From: an uncultured bacterium
Lineage (GTDB): Bacteria > Armatimonadota > UBA5829
Assembly (NCBI GenBank): GCA_964494345.1
Contig: CAZBSI010000001.1
Location: 85,660-149,659 of the forward strand
Length of the DNA: 64,000 nt
Reading direction: 5' to 3'
Made by a program: the position numbers and the translations under genes. The notes below the pieces were generated by a model, which saw nothing but the letters and a program-made list of their open reading frames with translations, ran no database searches and had not been told where the DNA came from. How positions within the stretch are numbered: position 1 is the stretch's first letter; each line of letters begins with the position of its first letter. Of the stretch, positions 19,472-28,891 are shown one piece after another.

Positions 19472-20566
19472 GTGGCACAGATGCCCCACGGATACCTGGA
19501 GAGCGTGATTCTCGGTGAAAAGTGTGGTTTTGGCGGCTGGATTATCCGGGTGCTACTGTGGCCATTTTCGATGCTCTACAGGGTCGGGCTTGCAGTATAT
19601 CTTTGGCTTTATGACCTCGGTATTCGAAAACGGGAAAAGCTCTCGGTGCCGGTGATAAGCGTTGGGAATCTCACGTTCGGAGGCACTGGAAAGACTCCGG
19701 CGGTTCAAGAACTGTGCAGGATGTTGATAGGGCAGGGCAAAAAGGTTGTCGTTTTGTCGCGCGGTTACGGCGGAAACGCGCAGGGTCCGCTTGTGGTTTC
19801 GGATGGCGACAGTATCCTTGCAGATAGCGCCCAGGCTGGTGATGAACCCGTCTTATTAGCTCAAACGCTTCCGGGAGTGCCCGTAGTGGTCGGCAGGAAC
19901 CGCCGAACAACCGGTAAACTGGCTCAGAAGAGGTTTAGCCCCGACGTTATCGTTTTAGATGATGGCTTGCAGTATTGGCAGTTGCATCGTGATCTGGACG
20001 TGGTTGTTCTCGACGCTGGCAGGCCGTTTGGCAGCGGTTTTCTTATGCCGATGGGTGACTTGCGGGAGCCGGTTTCAGGTTTGCGAAGGGCAGGCATAGT
20101 ATTATTATGTGGAATCGGGCGTCGCGATAAGGCTGCTTCGCTTTCCAGAATCCGAAATATGGCGCCCGACGCTGAAGTATTTCAATGTGTGCGTGAGCCG
20201 GTTTGCTTCAAAAACGCTGCCACTCAGGAGAGATTCGGCCTCGACTGGATCAAAGGACGAAAAGTGCTGGCGTTTTGCGGAATCGGTAAACCCTGGGCGT
20301 TTATCGAGATGCTCGAATCGCTGCGGGCATCGGTTGAGGCCAGCATAGTCTTCAGCGATCACTACAGGCTTACAAAACAGGATATTGTTCGTATAATAGA
20401 TGAGGCGAAAGCGCACGGTGTGGACGCGATTATTACTACCGAAAAAGATGTTGCCCGCCTGGCAACTCCGGAATGCGTCCCGGACTTATATGCGCTTTCC
20501 ATTAGACTGCTGATTGAGGATAATCCGCGACTTGCAAAGTACATCACCAACCGGATCAATGGATAG
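19472..20566 (+). CDS. lpxK: Tetraacyldisaccharide 4'-kinase LpxK.
   Basis: The P-loop VISVGNLTFGGTGKTP is diagnostic of LpxK. Confidence 0.9.
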   Translation: MAQMPHGYLESVILGEKCGFGGWIIRVLLWPFSMLYRVGLAVYLWLYDLGIRKREKLSVPVISVGNLTFGGTGKTPAVQELCRMLIGQGKKVVVLSRGYGGNAQGPLVVSDGDSILADSAQAGDEPVLLAQTLPGVPVVVGRNRRTTGKLAQKRFSPDVIVLDDGLQYWQLHRDLDVVVLDAGRPFGSGFLMPMGDLREPVSGLRRAGIVLLCGIGRRDKAASLSRIRNMAPDAEVFQCVREPVCFKNAATQERFGLDWIKGRKVLAFCGIGKPWAFIEMLESLRASVEASIVFSDHYRLTKQDIVRIIDEAKAHGVDAIITTEKDVARLATPECVPDLYALSIRLLIEDNPRLAKYITNRING

Positions 20567-21479
20567 AATAGCACGGCTTCCATTCAAAAAACGCGTTATA
20601 AAATGGATTGGACGCGTTGCGTTCTGGTGGATGTGCGTGTCGGCGCGTCTCTGGCGACCCTGGTCGGTTAAGCTGGCGGGAAATACTCTGGGCACGATGT
20701 TTTACTATGCATCCGGCCGATATCGCAATGTAGCTCTGAAGAATCTTCGAGCTGTATACGGGCAGGATAAAACCGAACAAGAGAGAGTCGCGATCGCCAA
20801 AGGGGTGTTTAAGCACTTTTCCAGAGCAGCGCTGGAGTTCTTCTCTGTGCTGTCACTAAGCAGCGAACAGGTGTCGGCGATGATCGACATTGAAGGCTCC
20901 GAGTATCTGGATAAAGCCATCACGGATGGTCGCGGCGGTATCATCGTCACTGCACACTACGGCAACTGGGAACTGTTGGCGCGAAAACTGGTGATACTCG
21001 GTTATAAAATCAACGTCATCGCACGCGACAGCGACGACCCCGGAATGACGGGGATAACTGCTAGAATACGCGAACACGGCGGCTATAAGGTCTTCGACCG
21101 CGATCAGCCGCTGATAGGTGTTATGAGAGCGCTTAAAAACAATGAAATACTCGGCATTCTGCCGGATCAGCACGAGTCGCACGGGTTGTTCGTGGACTTC
21201 TTCTCGCGGCCTGCCGCCACTGCAACTGGCCCTGCGGCGTTTGCACTCAAATCCGGGGCCCCTCTTTTGCCGGTTTTCGCGACGAGGATGCCTGATGGCA
21301 AATATAAAGCTATTGTCTATCCTGCCATCGACTTCGAGCCGAGCGGGGATACAGATGCGGATATGCGCGATCTCACGGCCCTTATCAATCTTGCTATTGA
21401 ACGCGCTATAAGACTGCACCCGGATCAATGGTTATGGCTGCATGATAGATGGAAATCGTCGCCGGAGGTTCTTTCGTGA
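20559..21479 (+). CDS. lpxL: Lipid A biosynthesis late acyltransferase (LpxL/HtrB family).
   Basis: The HYGNWE acyltransferase motif and the LpxL-family length fit. The ORF begins at 20514, but Met at 20559 gives a short overlap with lpxK. Confidence 0.8.
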   Translation: MDRIARLPFKKRVIKWIGRVAFWWMCVSARLWRPWSVKLAGNTLGTMFYYASGRYRNVALKNLRAVYGQDKTEQERVAIAKGVFKHFSRAALEFFSVLSLSSEQVSAMIDIEGSEYLDKAITDGRGGIIVTAHYGNWELLARKLVILGYKINVIARDSDDPGMTGITARIREHGGYKVFDRDQPLIGVMRALKNNEILGILPDQHESHGLFVDFFSRPAATATGPAAFALKSGAPLLPVFATRMPDGKYKAIVYPAIDFEPSGDTDADMRDLTALINLAIERAIRLHPDQWLWLHDRWKSSPEVLS

Positions 21480-22522
21480 TTAGTGAAGCGCCCAAGCGCA
21501 TATTGATCGTCAAACTCAGCGCCATAGGGGACGTTTTGATGGCGACTCCCGTTGCTCGTGCGCTGCGAACGGCGTTTCCGCAGAGTCATATAGCGTGGGT
21601 TGTCGAGCGAAAATCTGCGGATATCGTCCTGGGCAACCCCTATCTGGACGAAGTGATCGTGTCCGGCAGAACCAAAATTGGCCGCGGCCTGACGGATTCC
21701 ACGAACCTTCTCCGGAGTCTGATGTCGCTGCGGGGTGAGCTGAAATCCAGACGATTCGATGTCTGCGTGGACCTTCAGGGATTATTAAGAAGCGCGGCAG
21801 TGTGTATGATATCCGGCGCAAAAAAGCGTATAGGTTCTGCTGATGCCGCGGAGTGCAGTCAACTGCTCTATACGGATAAATACGCTTCCGGCCCGGATGT
21901 GATAAATATCCAGCAGAGAAACCTCGATCTGCTTAGGCCTTTGGGGGTGGACTCGACAGAGACGGCGATGTATATGCCGGTTTGCGAGGACGACCGCGTA
22001 TTTGCTGACAGTTTTTTTGAGGAAAATGATCTGGCAAACGACAGGGTAGTTGCTTTTTGCGTTGCTACTACGTGGCTGAATAAACACTGGACACCGGAAG
22101 GTTGGACGGGGGTGGCCGATCTTATATGGCGCAAATACGGGGTGAAGTCGCTGATTCTCGGGGCCAAGGCCGATATCCCATTAGCCCGCAAGGTAGCTGA
22201 TTCCGCAGAATCCAAACCCGTGATAAGCGCAGGTTTGACCACGCTGAAACAGGCTGGGGCGCTTATGGAAAAATGCGTCGCGGTAATTGGGGTCGACACC
22301 GGTTTGCTGCATATGGCGGTGGCCCTCGACATGCCGACTGTCGGCTTATTCGGCGCAAGCGACTGGAGATGTTTCCAGAAGAAAGACAACTTCGTCTGGG
22401 TCGCAAAAGACTACCCGTGCAGCCCCTGCAGAAGACACCCCATATGCAGCGATATTGATTGCATGAAGGCGATTACCCCGGAGGATGTAGATGCGGCTGT
22501 GGGGCGTTGGTTGGAGCAGTAG
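21476..22522 (+). CDS. GT9-family LPS heptosyltransferase (WaaC/WaaF-like).
   Basis: RILIVKLSAIGDVLMATPVARAL at the N-terminus is the GT9 signature. The GTG start overlaps the lpxL stop (GTGA). Confidence 0.8.
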   Translation: MISEAPKRILIVKLSAIGDVLMATPVARALRTAFPQSHIAWVVERKSADIVLGNPYLDEVIVSGRTKIGRGLTDSTNLLRSLMSLRGELKSRRFDVCVDLQGLLRSAAVCMISGAKKRIGSADAAECSQLLYTDKYASGPDVINIQQRNLDLLRPLGVDSTETAMYMPVCEDDRVFADSFFEENDLANDRVVAFCVATTWLNKHWTPEGWTGVADLIWRKYGVKSLILGAKADIPLARKVADSAESKPVISAGLTTLKQAGALMEKCVAVIGVDTGLLHMAVALDMPTVGLFGASDWRCFQKKDNFVWVAKDYPCSPCRRHPICSDIDCMKAITPEDVDAAVGRWLEQ

Positions 22523-23515
22523 ATGCGAATTATATGTTTCCATCTAAACCAGGTCGGAGACCTTATGTTCTCCCTGCCGGCGCTCAAAAGCATCCGGGAT
22601 ACCTACCCGGATGCGCATATAACCAGCGTAGTGCGTCCGTCGCTTCAAGAGTTGCTGGAGGCGACAGGCATTCTCGATACAGTGCTGTCCAGGAATGCCG
22701 GCTTTAACTTAGACAGAGTTAGACTTATTCGGTCACTATCCGCCCTGAAACCCGACGTTGCGGTAGTATTCTCTCAAAGCGCATCTTGCGCTTCAATGGC
22801 TTACCTGAGCGGTGCGCCGAAGAGAGTCGGGTTTGAAAACACATCTATGGGGTTTTTGTTGACCTCGTGCCTACCGTTTCAGCACCCTCCGTCCACTGAG
22901 AATAATCTGAAATTAGTTGAAGCGATCGGTGCAAAAATAACCTGCAGGCAATATTCCGGGCTGCTTAGCATAACGGCCGATCAAATAGAAAAAGGCAACG
23001 CCGCTTTAAAGAAGTTCGGTGTGCAACCCGATGAGCCAGTGGCGGCTCTGGCACCCGCAACTTCGAGCAATCGCAGCGTCAAGGAATGGACCAATGAAGG
23101 CTTCATCGAAGTAGGCAACTACCTGGCTGAGCGTGGGTTTCGGCCGGTGATGCTGGGAGCTGCAGATCAGTCCAATGTTGTAAAAGAAACCGACTGCATC
23201 TTGGACATGAGAGGCAAGACAACGCTTGGCGAAGTCACAGGAATCCTGCAGCGCTCGAAGCTACTGGTCGCTGTGGATTCCGGCCTGCTGCACCTGTGCG
23301 CCGCCATAGGCACGCCTGTCATCGGCTTATACGGCTCCTCCAACCCCGCGATAACCGGGCCTCAGGGAGACTCCCATATAGTGCTGACTTCCGAGGCCGA
23401 TTGCAGCCCATGTGTTAAGACAAGTTGCAGTTTTGGCAGAAAATGTATGCTCGATATCACACCGAGCTATGTAATTTCTGCTGTTGAATCCATACTGGCC
23501 CGTGACATCCGATGA
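22523..23515 (+). CDS. Second GT9-family LPS heptosyltransferase.
   Basis: MRIICFHLNQVGDLMFSLPALKSIRDTYPDAHI and a C-terminal GT-B half (GLLHLCAAIGTPVIGLYG) are present. Confidence 0.8.
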   Translation: MRIICFHLNQVGDLMFSLPALKSIRDTYPDAHITSVVRPSLQELLEATGILDTVLSRNAGFNLDRVRLIRSLSALKPDVAVVFSQSASCASMAYLSGAPKRVGFENTSMGFLLTSCLPFQHPPSTENNLKLVEAIGAKITCRQYSGLLSITADQIEKGNAALKKFGVQPDEPVAALAPATSSNRSVKEWTNEGFIEVGNYLAERGFRPVMLGAADQSNVVKETDCILDMRGKTTLGEVTGILQRSKLLVAVDSGLLHLCAAIGTPVIGLYGSSNPAITGPQGDSHIVLTSEADCSPCVKTSCSFGRKCMLDITPSYVISAVESILARDIR

Positions 23516-24606
23516 CAAAGCTCACCACACTTCATATCGATTCGGAAATGGCCTGGTCGGGCGGACAGAGGCAGGTATCGGGACTCTGCTCTTATCTGAG
23601 GCAATGGGGCCACGACGTTAAGATCATAACTCGACCTGGCTCGAAACTGGAATCGTGGACAAACGGGGAATCTTTTGAGTCGTTTGCTGTCAACATGCCG
23701 TCAACCTTGTCTTTCCCGTCCATTTTGCGGATGCGGTCGATTATCGCCTCACTGAAGCCCGACGTCGTCCACCTTCACGCTTCTCGAGCGCACGTATTAG
23801 GTGCGGCTGCGGCAAAATTGGCTGGCGCCAGAGTTATTGTAGCCACACGCAGAATGGACGACCCCATAAAAATGATCTGGCCGAATACCAGCGCCTATGG
23901 AAAATGGACCACGGCGATTGTAGCAATCTCAACAGCGGTGCGGGATGTACTGGTCAATTGCGGAGTCGACGCCGCTAAGATTCATACGATACCCAGCGGC
24001 ACTGATATTGACAGATTCAAAGACACAACCCCGGATCTACAATTTCGCAGTGGATTTGCAGGTGACCCTGCATGGCCCGTTGTCACCACGGCCGCAAGCC
24101 TTATTGAAAGAAAAGGGATTCGCTTTTTATTGGAGGCTGCACATCTTCTGCAAAAATCCGGCAGACCTGTTCGAGTTGTCATAGCCGGAGACGGTGAGCA
24201 ACGGCAGGAATTGCAGAATATGGCACAGAAATTGTCTATTGAATGTACCTTTTTGGGTCAGTTCTCCGATATGCCAAAGTTGTTGGCAAGCTCAGATATA
24301 TTCGTGCTGCCGTCGCTTAGCGAGGGGTTGGGAGTTGCGGTTTTGGAGGCAATGGCGGCGGGCAAGCCAATCGTCGCCAGCGCCGTGGGTGGCTTGAAGG
24401 AGTCTGTTGTCGATGGCCAAACCGGTTTTCTGATACCGCCGACCAATGCGCAGGCTCTCGCCGACGCACTGAAGAAGTTACTTTCAGATTCATCATTAAT
24501 TGACCAGTTCGGATCAGCCGGCCGGGCAAGAGCCGCCGAAAAATATAGTCTAGAGAATATGGCGAAAGGAAACGAGTCTCTCTACCATAAACTGGTGCAG
24601 CAATGA
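23512..24606 (+). CDS. GT4-family glycosyltransferase (RfaG-like LPS core glycosyltransferase).
   Basis: C-terminal GT4 motifs FVLPSLSEGLGVAVLEAMAAGKPIVAS...GFLIPP are present. Confidence 0.85.
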   Translation: MTKLTTLHIDSEMAWSGGQRQVSGLCSYLRQWGHDVKIITRPGSKLESWTNGESFESFAVNMPSTLSFPSILRMRSIIASLKPDVVHLHASRAHVLGAAAAKLAGARVIVATRRMDDPIKMIWPNTSAYGKWTTAIVAISTAVRDVLVNCGVDAAKIHTIPSGTDIDRFKDTTPDLQFRSGFAGDPAWPVVTTAASLIERKGIRFLLEAAHLLQKSGRPVRVVIAGDGEQRQELQNMAQKLSIECTFLGQFSDMPKLLASSDIFVLPSLSEGLGVAVLEAMAAGKPIVASAVGGLKESVVDGQTGFLIPPTNAQALADALKKLLSDSSLIDQFGSAGRARAAEKYSLENMAKGNESLYHKLVQQ

Positions 24607-25364
24607 AAATATCAGCGGTGGTCATGACATTCAACGAAGAAAGCAATATCGAACGCTGCTTGTCCTCACTGGATTTTGCAGATGAGATAATTGTGCTTGA
24701 TTCGTTTAGCACAGATCGCACAGTCGAGATCGCTAAACGTTTCACAGAGAGAGTAAGCAAGCGGGAGTTTACTTCCCCGTCCGAACAGAGGGCTGCCTCA
24801 ATGGAGTTGGCCACGCATGAATGGGTGCTGGTCGTAGATGCCGATGAGGTTGTCACCAGCGAACTTGCTGACCAGGTGCGAACGGCAGCACAAAGTGACA
24901 AATATGATGCCTATCGAGTTCCACGGATCAATTATTTTCTGGGCAAGCGAATTCGCCACTGTGGCTGGTATCCGGACTACGTCATCAGGCTGATGCGCAA
25001 ATCAAAGACAACGTTTCCTTACAGAGTTTTGCATGAAGCCCCAGAAATCGATGGACGAGTTGGGGTTCTGTCGGAGCATTTCATTCACTACTCATATACC
25101 AATTTCAATCAGTTGGTTGATAAGACAGTGACCTATGCCCGTGGCGCTGCCAAACAGAAAATAATTGAGGGCAGGCGTTTTCAACTCTCGAAACTCGTGT
25201 TCGCTCCGGGATTGATCTTTATAAAAAACTATATTATCAAACAGGGTTTTCGCGACGGCATACGGGGTTTTTTAATAGCAACAATGCAGCAGATTGGAAC
25301 CTTTCTCCGCTACGCGATGCTCTGGGATATGACTAGAAACAAGGGAGAAGACAAGCATGAATAG
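24603..25364 (+). CDS. GT2-family glycosyltransferase (LPS core, WaaE/KdtX-like).
   Basis: MKISAVVMTFNEESNIERCLSSL...IIVLDSFSTDRT...VVDADE is the GT2 DXD-type fold. Confidence 0.8.
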   Translation: MKISAVVMTFNEESNIERCLSSLDFADEIIVLDSFSTDRTVEIAKRFTERVSKREFTSPSEQRAASMELATHEWVLVVDADEVVTSELADQVRTAAQSDKYDAYRVPRINYFLGKRIRHCGWYPDYVIRLMRKSKTTFPYRVLHEAPEIDGRVGVLSEHFIHYSYTNFNQLVDKTVTYARGAAKQKIIEGRRFQLSKLVFAPGLIFIKNYIIKQGFRDGIRGFLIATMQQIGTFLRYAMLWDMTRNKGEDKHE

Positions 25365-26109
25365 GCTTATGGGCAGAGTTGGTCTAATTTCCATACTAGG
25401 TGTCTTGCTCGGCATGCAATTCGCCTGTGCCTTTCCTGCCAACGAGCAGGACCTCAAAGCCGCCATAGAAGCTGCGACGAGCGGATTTAAGGACATGTCG
25501 GCGACTGTGATCGTTCGTGAAAAAAATAAGGACGTATTAACCAGTGTCGACGAGGGATATGCGCGGCTTTATGACTTCCAGTCCGCTCAGATTCAACTCA
25601 AGGCTCCGGATAAAATCCGAATAGAATCTAAGCTCGGCATGGTTAAAGTGGAATACATTATCTCAGACGGCAAAAAGATATTCCGTGCGCCGAAGATCAA
25701 AATGAACAAAGTCGATGACTATTCAAATACACCTGCCAAGCTCCAAAAACCGCTGGACTTTGGCCTGGTGACTCCGCAGCTTTGGGAAGGCCGGCGGGTG
25801 GAAATTATCGACGATGCGGAGGCAAAGGCTAACAACGAGATTAAACTCAAACTGATGTGGCTGACCGGCGATATGATAAACTACGCCTGGATAGATGCCG
25901 AACACTACTGGCTGAAGCGCTTCGAAAAACGCGATGCCAAGGACAATTTGATCTCGCGTGTGGAGTATTCAAACCCGAAAAATCTGGGTAACGTGATCTG
26001 GTTGCCTACAAAGGTTGAGCTTTATGCGCCCGATGGCGAGAAAGCGGGAGCCACGGAGTTCACCGATATCAAGATTAATTCGGGCCTGGCAGATACCGTT
26101 TTCAAGTAA
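25357..26109 (+). CDS. Secreted LolA-fold lipoprotein-sorting-like protein of unknown function.
   Basis: A signal peptide is followed by beta-rich sequence of the LolA/LppX/RseB-like class. It is embedded between core glycosyltransferases. Confidence 0.45.
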   Translation: MNRLMGRVGLISILGVLLGMQFACAFPANEQDLKAAIEAATSGFKDMSATVIVREKNKDVLTSVDEGYARLYDFQSAQIQLKAPDKIRIESKLGMVKVEYIISDGKKIFRAPKIKMNKVDDYSNTPAKLQKPLDFGLVTPQLWEGRRVEIIDDAEAKANNEIKLKLMWLTGDMINYAWIDAEHYWLKRFEKRDAKDNLISRVEYSNPKNLGNVIWLPTKVELYAPDGEKAGATEFTDIKINSGLADTVFK

Positions 26110-26183
26110 GTCTGATTCGAAAATAGGGGGAGGCTTAACTGGAACTGCCGATCTGCAATATATGCGACAAAACCGTCTCTGAA

Positions 26184-26984
26184 TTGCTTCTGACCAAGGA
26201 CGGCCACAATATTTATCGGTGCTCAGAGTGTGGGCTAGCATTCACCCATCCGCAACCTGCCGCGCTTGATGAGCAATACGACGGAGCCTATTTCGATCTA
26301 TATAAACGCCGGCGGTCGTTTCGTCTCAAACGAGGCGATGCGCGCCTGCGAGGCATAGAACTTCTGCGACAACCAGGCAGATTGCTTGACATTGGCTGTT
26401 CGCTGGGGTATTTTATTGAGGCGGCTAATGCCAGAGGTTGGCACGCATCTGGCGTAGAAATTTCGCCGCAGGCGTCTCAATATGCCCGCGAACTCGGTCT
26501 TGAGGTAGAAACAGGCGACCTGCTCGACATCGGATATCCAGCAGCCTCGTTCGATTGTGTTACAATGTGGGACATGCTTGAGCATGTTCCGGATCCGACG
26601 GCGCATATGCTTGAGGTGAACAGGGTTATGGTTGACGGCGGCCTGGTCGTCATCGGCACGCCCAACCTTGGCCATTTCCGATTTCGAATTAAGCCCGAAA
26701 ACTGGCGGCATCTCAAACCGAGCGAGCACGTCTATTATTTCACAAAGTCGAGTATAACCCAGCTTCTGGAAAATGTCGGATTTCACGTGGCACAGCAGCC
26801 GGTTTTGCGTGCGAGGTCATTTCCAGGCAGCACAGTAGCTCGGCTGAAATGTGCATTCGGGCGCATAGTTCAGTTGAACGATGTGATGATGGTCTTTGGA
26901 GTCAAGAATGCGATCAAAATATCCTCAAATAGACCTCAGCAATCTCAAAACGATCGCAATCAAGGATCGAAAGAGCAAGGTTAG
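26184..26984 (+). CDS. Class I SAM-dependent methyltransferase with an N-terminal zinc ribbon. The true start is probably upstream, near 26139.
   Basis: The Rossmann motif LLDIGCSLGYF and an acidic DMLEHV motif are present. The in-frame upstream sequence ELPICNICDKTV plus CSECGLAF makes a CxxC...CxxC ribbon, but no ATG or GTG is available. A GGGGGAGG RBS lies at 26125-26132. Confidence 0.7.
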   Translation: MLLTKDGHNIYRCSECGLAFTHPQPAALDEQYDGAYFDLYKRRRSFRLKRGDARLRGIELLRQPGRLLDIGCSLGYFIEAANARGWHASGVEISPQASQYARELGLEVETGDLLDIGYPAASFDCVTMWDMLEHVPDPTAHMLEVNRVMVDGGLVVIGTPNLGHFRFRIKPENWRHLKPSEHVYYFTKSSITQLLENVGFHVAQQPVLRARSFPGSTVARLKCAFGRIVQLNDVMMVFGVKNAIKISSNRPQQSQNDRNQGSKEQG

Positions 26985-27864
26985 CGCCTGCGATTTTGCC
27001 CGAGTGCATAAACGAGGCGACAGTGTTGGCCAGTTCATAGATAATCTGCCGGATATACTTGCGGGGCGATGGCTGCGTCGGGTAATCGACTGCATAGTAG
27101 ACGCACGCAGGCGTGACAAAGCCTGCGCGGTTGCGATGGGCGCTCATGTTATCAAGTGCGGCCTCAGCCCTATGCTCATCGATCTTATGCGACGCGGTAT
27201 CATAACTTCCCTTTCAATGAACGGCGCCGGGGCCATACACGACAGTGAGATCGCGTTTTTCGGGGAGACGTCGGAGGACGTAGTCGAGGGGATGCAGAGC
27301 GGACTGTTCGGAATGGCGCGAGAGACGGCCGATTTCGTTAATGATTGTGCAGCAAAGGCAAGCGCTGATGAGTTGGGTTTTGGCGAGACGCTTGGCCGAG
27401 CCGTCATTGAAGCGGACGCGCCTAACTGCGAATTGAGCCTGTTGGCTGCAGCGTATAAATACAACGTTCCGTTGACAATTCACGCATGCATCGGATGTGA
27501 CATCGTACATATGCATCCGACTGCCAGCGGTGCAGCTATTGGCGACGCGTCTATGCGCGACTATCGAATCCTCACTGAGGCTCTGCGTGGATTAGGCGGC
27601 GGAGGGGTGTTGATGAATATCGGTTCTGCGGTGGTGCTGCCGGAGGTGCTATTAAAGGCGATCACCACCCTGCTGAACCTCGGTTGCAATTTGAAAGATA
27701 TGGTCGGGGTCAACCTCGATTTTGTTCAGCATTATAGATCAAACCAGCAGGTTGTGGCGAGGGTGCGGGAGATTGGCGGCGAAGGCATCTCACTTACCGG
27801 GCATCACGAGCTGATGATTCCGCTGATAGCGGCTGGTGTTATTGAGAGGATGGATGGCGAGTAG
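26896..27864 (+). CDS. Conserved hypothetical protein of 322 aa, translationally coupled to the heptose kinase gene.
   Basis: No motif recognisable by eye. It overlaps the upstream methyltransferase by about 80 nt and its stop abuts the hldE-kinase start. The composition looks soluble and enzyme-like (ITSLSMNGAGAIHDSE, HACIGCDIVHMHP). Confidence 0.5.
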   Translation: MESRMRSKYPQIDLSNLKTIAIKDRKSKVSACDFARVHKRGDSVGQFIDNLPDILAGRWLRRVIDCIVDARRRDKACAVAMGAHVIKCGLSPMLIDLMRRGIITSLSMNGAGAIHDSEIAFFGETSEDVVEGMQSGLFGMARETADFVNDCAAKASADELGFGETLGRAVIEADAPNCELSLLAAAYKYNVPLTIHACIGCDIVHMHPTASGAAIGDASMRDYRILTEALRGLGGGGVLMNIGSAVVLPEVLLKAITTLLNLGCNLKDMVGVNLDFVQHYRSNQQVVARVREIGGEGISLTGHHELMIPLIAAGVIERMDGE

Positions 27865-28856
27865 TGAGCGATTCTTCTGCGTACGCTTCATTGCTTTCAA
27901 GATTTGCCGGCAAACGGGTATTGGTAGTCGGCGATCTGATGCTTGATGAGCATGTATGGGGGACGGCGGAGCGTATCTCACCGGAGGCCCCGGTGATGGT
28001 GGTTCGAGCAAATTCCGATTCCGATTGCCTGCCTGGCGGTGCAGCTAATGTTGCCAATAACATTCGCGCCCTTGGCGGAGAGGCCGGGGTTGTTGGAGTT
28101 ATCGGCGACGACGAGGGCGGTCAGATTCTGCGCGGGGTGTTGAGCGATGCGGGTGTGGATGTCAGCGGCGTCTTTACGGATAACAAACGCCCGACTACTC
28201 GTAAGACCAGAATCTGGGCTTCTCACAGACACCAGGTGGTCAGAATCGACCGCGAGAGCAACTCCGCGATTTCCAACTCCATAGTGAAGCGGATGATCGA
28301 CTACATACGCTCCTCTTCTGCAGATATCGACGCGGTGTTGCTGTCGGATTATGCAAAAGGGGTAATATCGCGGCAGGTCGTGGCGGCTGCTGTCCAATCC
28401 TCTAAAATCGCGATATCCAACGCCAAACCTCGCAGCCTGACCTGTGTTGACGGGGTTGGGGTTATCACGATGAATCTGTTTGAGGCATCTGCCGCCTCGC
28501 GAATCGACATAGAAGACCAACACGATTTGGAGAAGGCAGGGCGCAGATTGGTCGATCAGATTCGCTGCAAGGGGCTAGTCATAACCCGTGGCGCGCATGG
28601 TTTATCCGTATTTGAGGATTCCGGCCATATCACACATATCCCCGCTATCGAAACAGAAGTATATGACGTCGCTGGTGCTGGAGATACCGTTGTGAGCGCC
28701 CTCACGATGGCTCTTGCCTGCGGCGCACAGCTCCCTGTCGCGGGATCAATTGCCAACTGCGCAGGGGCTGCGGTTGTGCGCAAAGTCGGTGTCGCCACCA
28801 CCACCACCGATGAAATAGCCGCTTTACTTGGCCAGGCAAAAAGCGGCCTTATATAA
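27864..28856 (+). CDS. hldE: D-glycero-beta-D-manno-heptose-7-phosphate kinase (HldE domain I / RfaE1, PfkB family). It is a stand-alone kinase with no adenylyltransferase domain.
   Basis: KRVLVVGDLMLDEHVWGTAERISPEAPVMVV at the N-terminus and the PfkB signature DVAGAGDTV at the C-terminus are present. At 330 aa it is the length of the kinase domain only. Confidence 0.8.
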   Translation: MSDSSAYASLLSRFAGKRVLVVGDLMLDEHVWGTAERISPEAPVMVVRANSDSDCLPGGAANVANNIRALGGEAGVVGVIGDDEGGQILRGVLSDAGVDVSGVFTDNKRPTTRKTRIWASHRHQVVRIDRESNSAISNSIVKRMIDYIRSSSADIDAVLLSDYAKGVISRQVVAAAVQSSKIAISNAKPRSLTCVDGVGVITMNLFEASAASRIDIEDQHDLEKAGRRLVDQIRCKGLVITRGAHGLSVFEDSGHITHIPAIETEVYDVAGAGDTVVSALTMALACGAQLPVAGSIANCAGAAVVRKVGVATTTTDEIAALLGQAKSGLI

Positions 28857-28891
28857 CTATTATTCTGGCCGAATACAACTAGGAAGACTGC

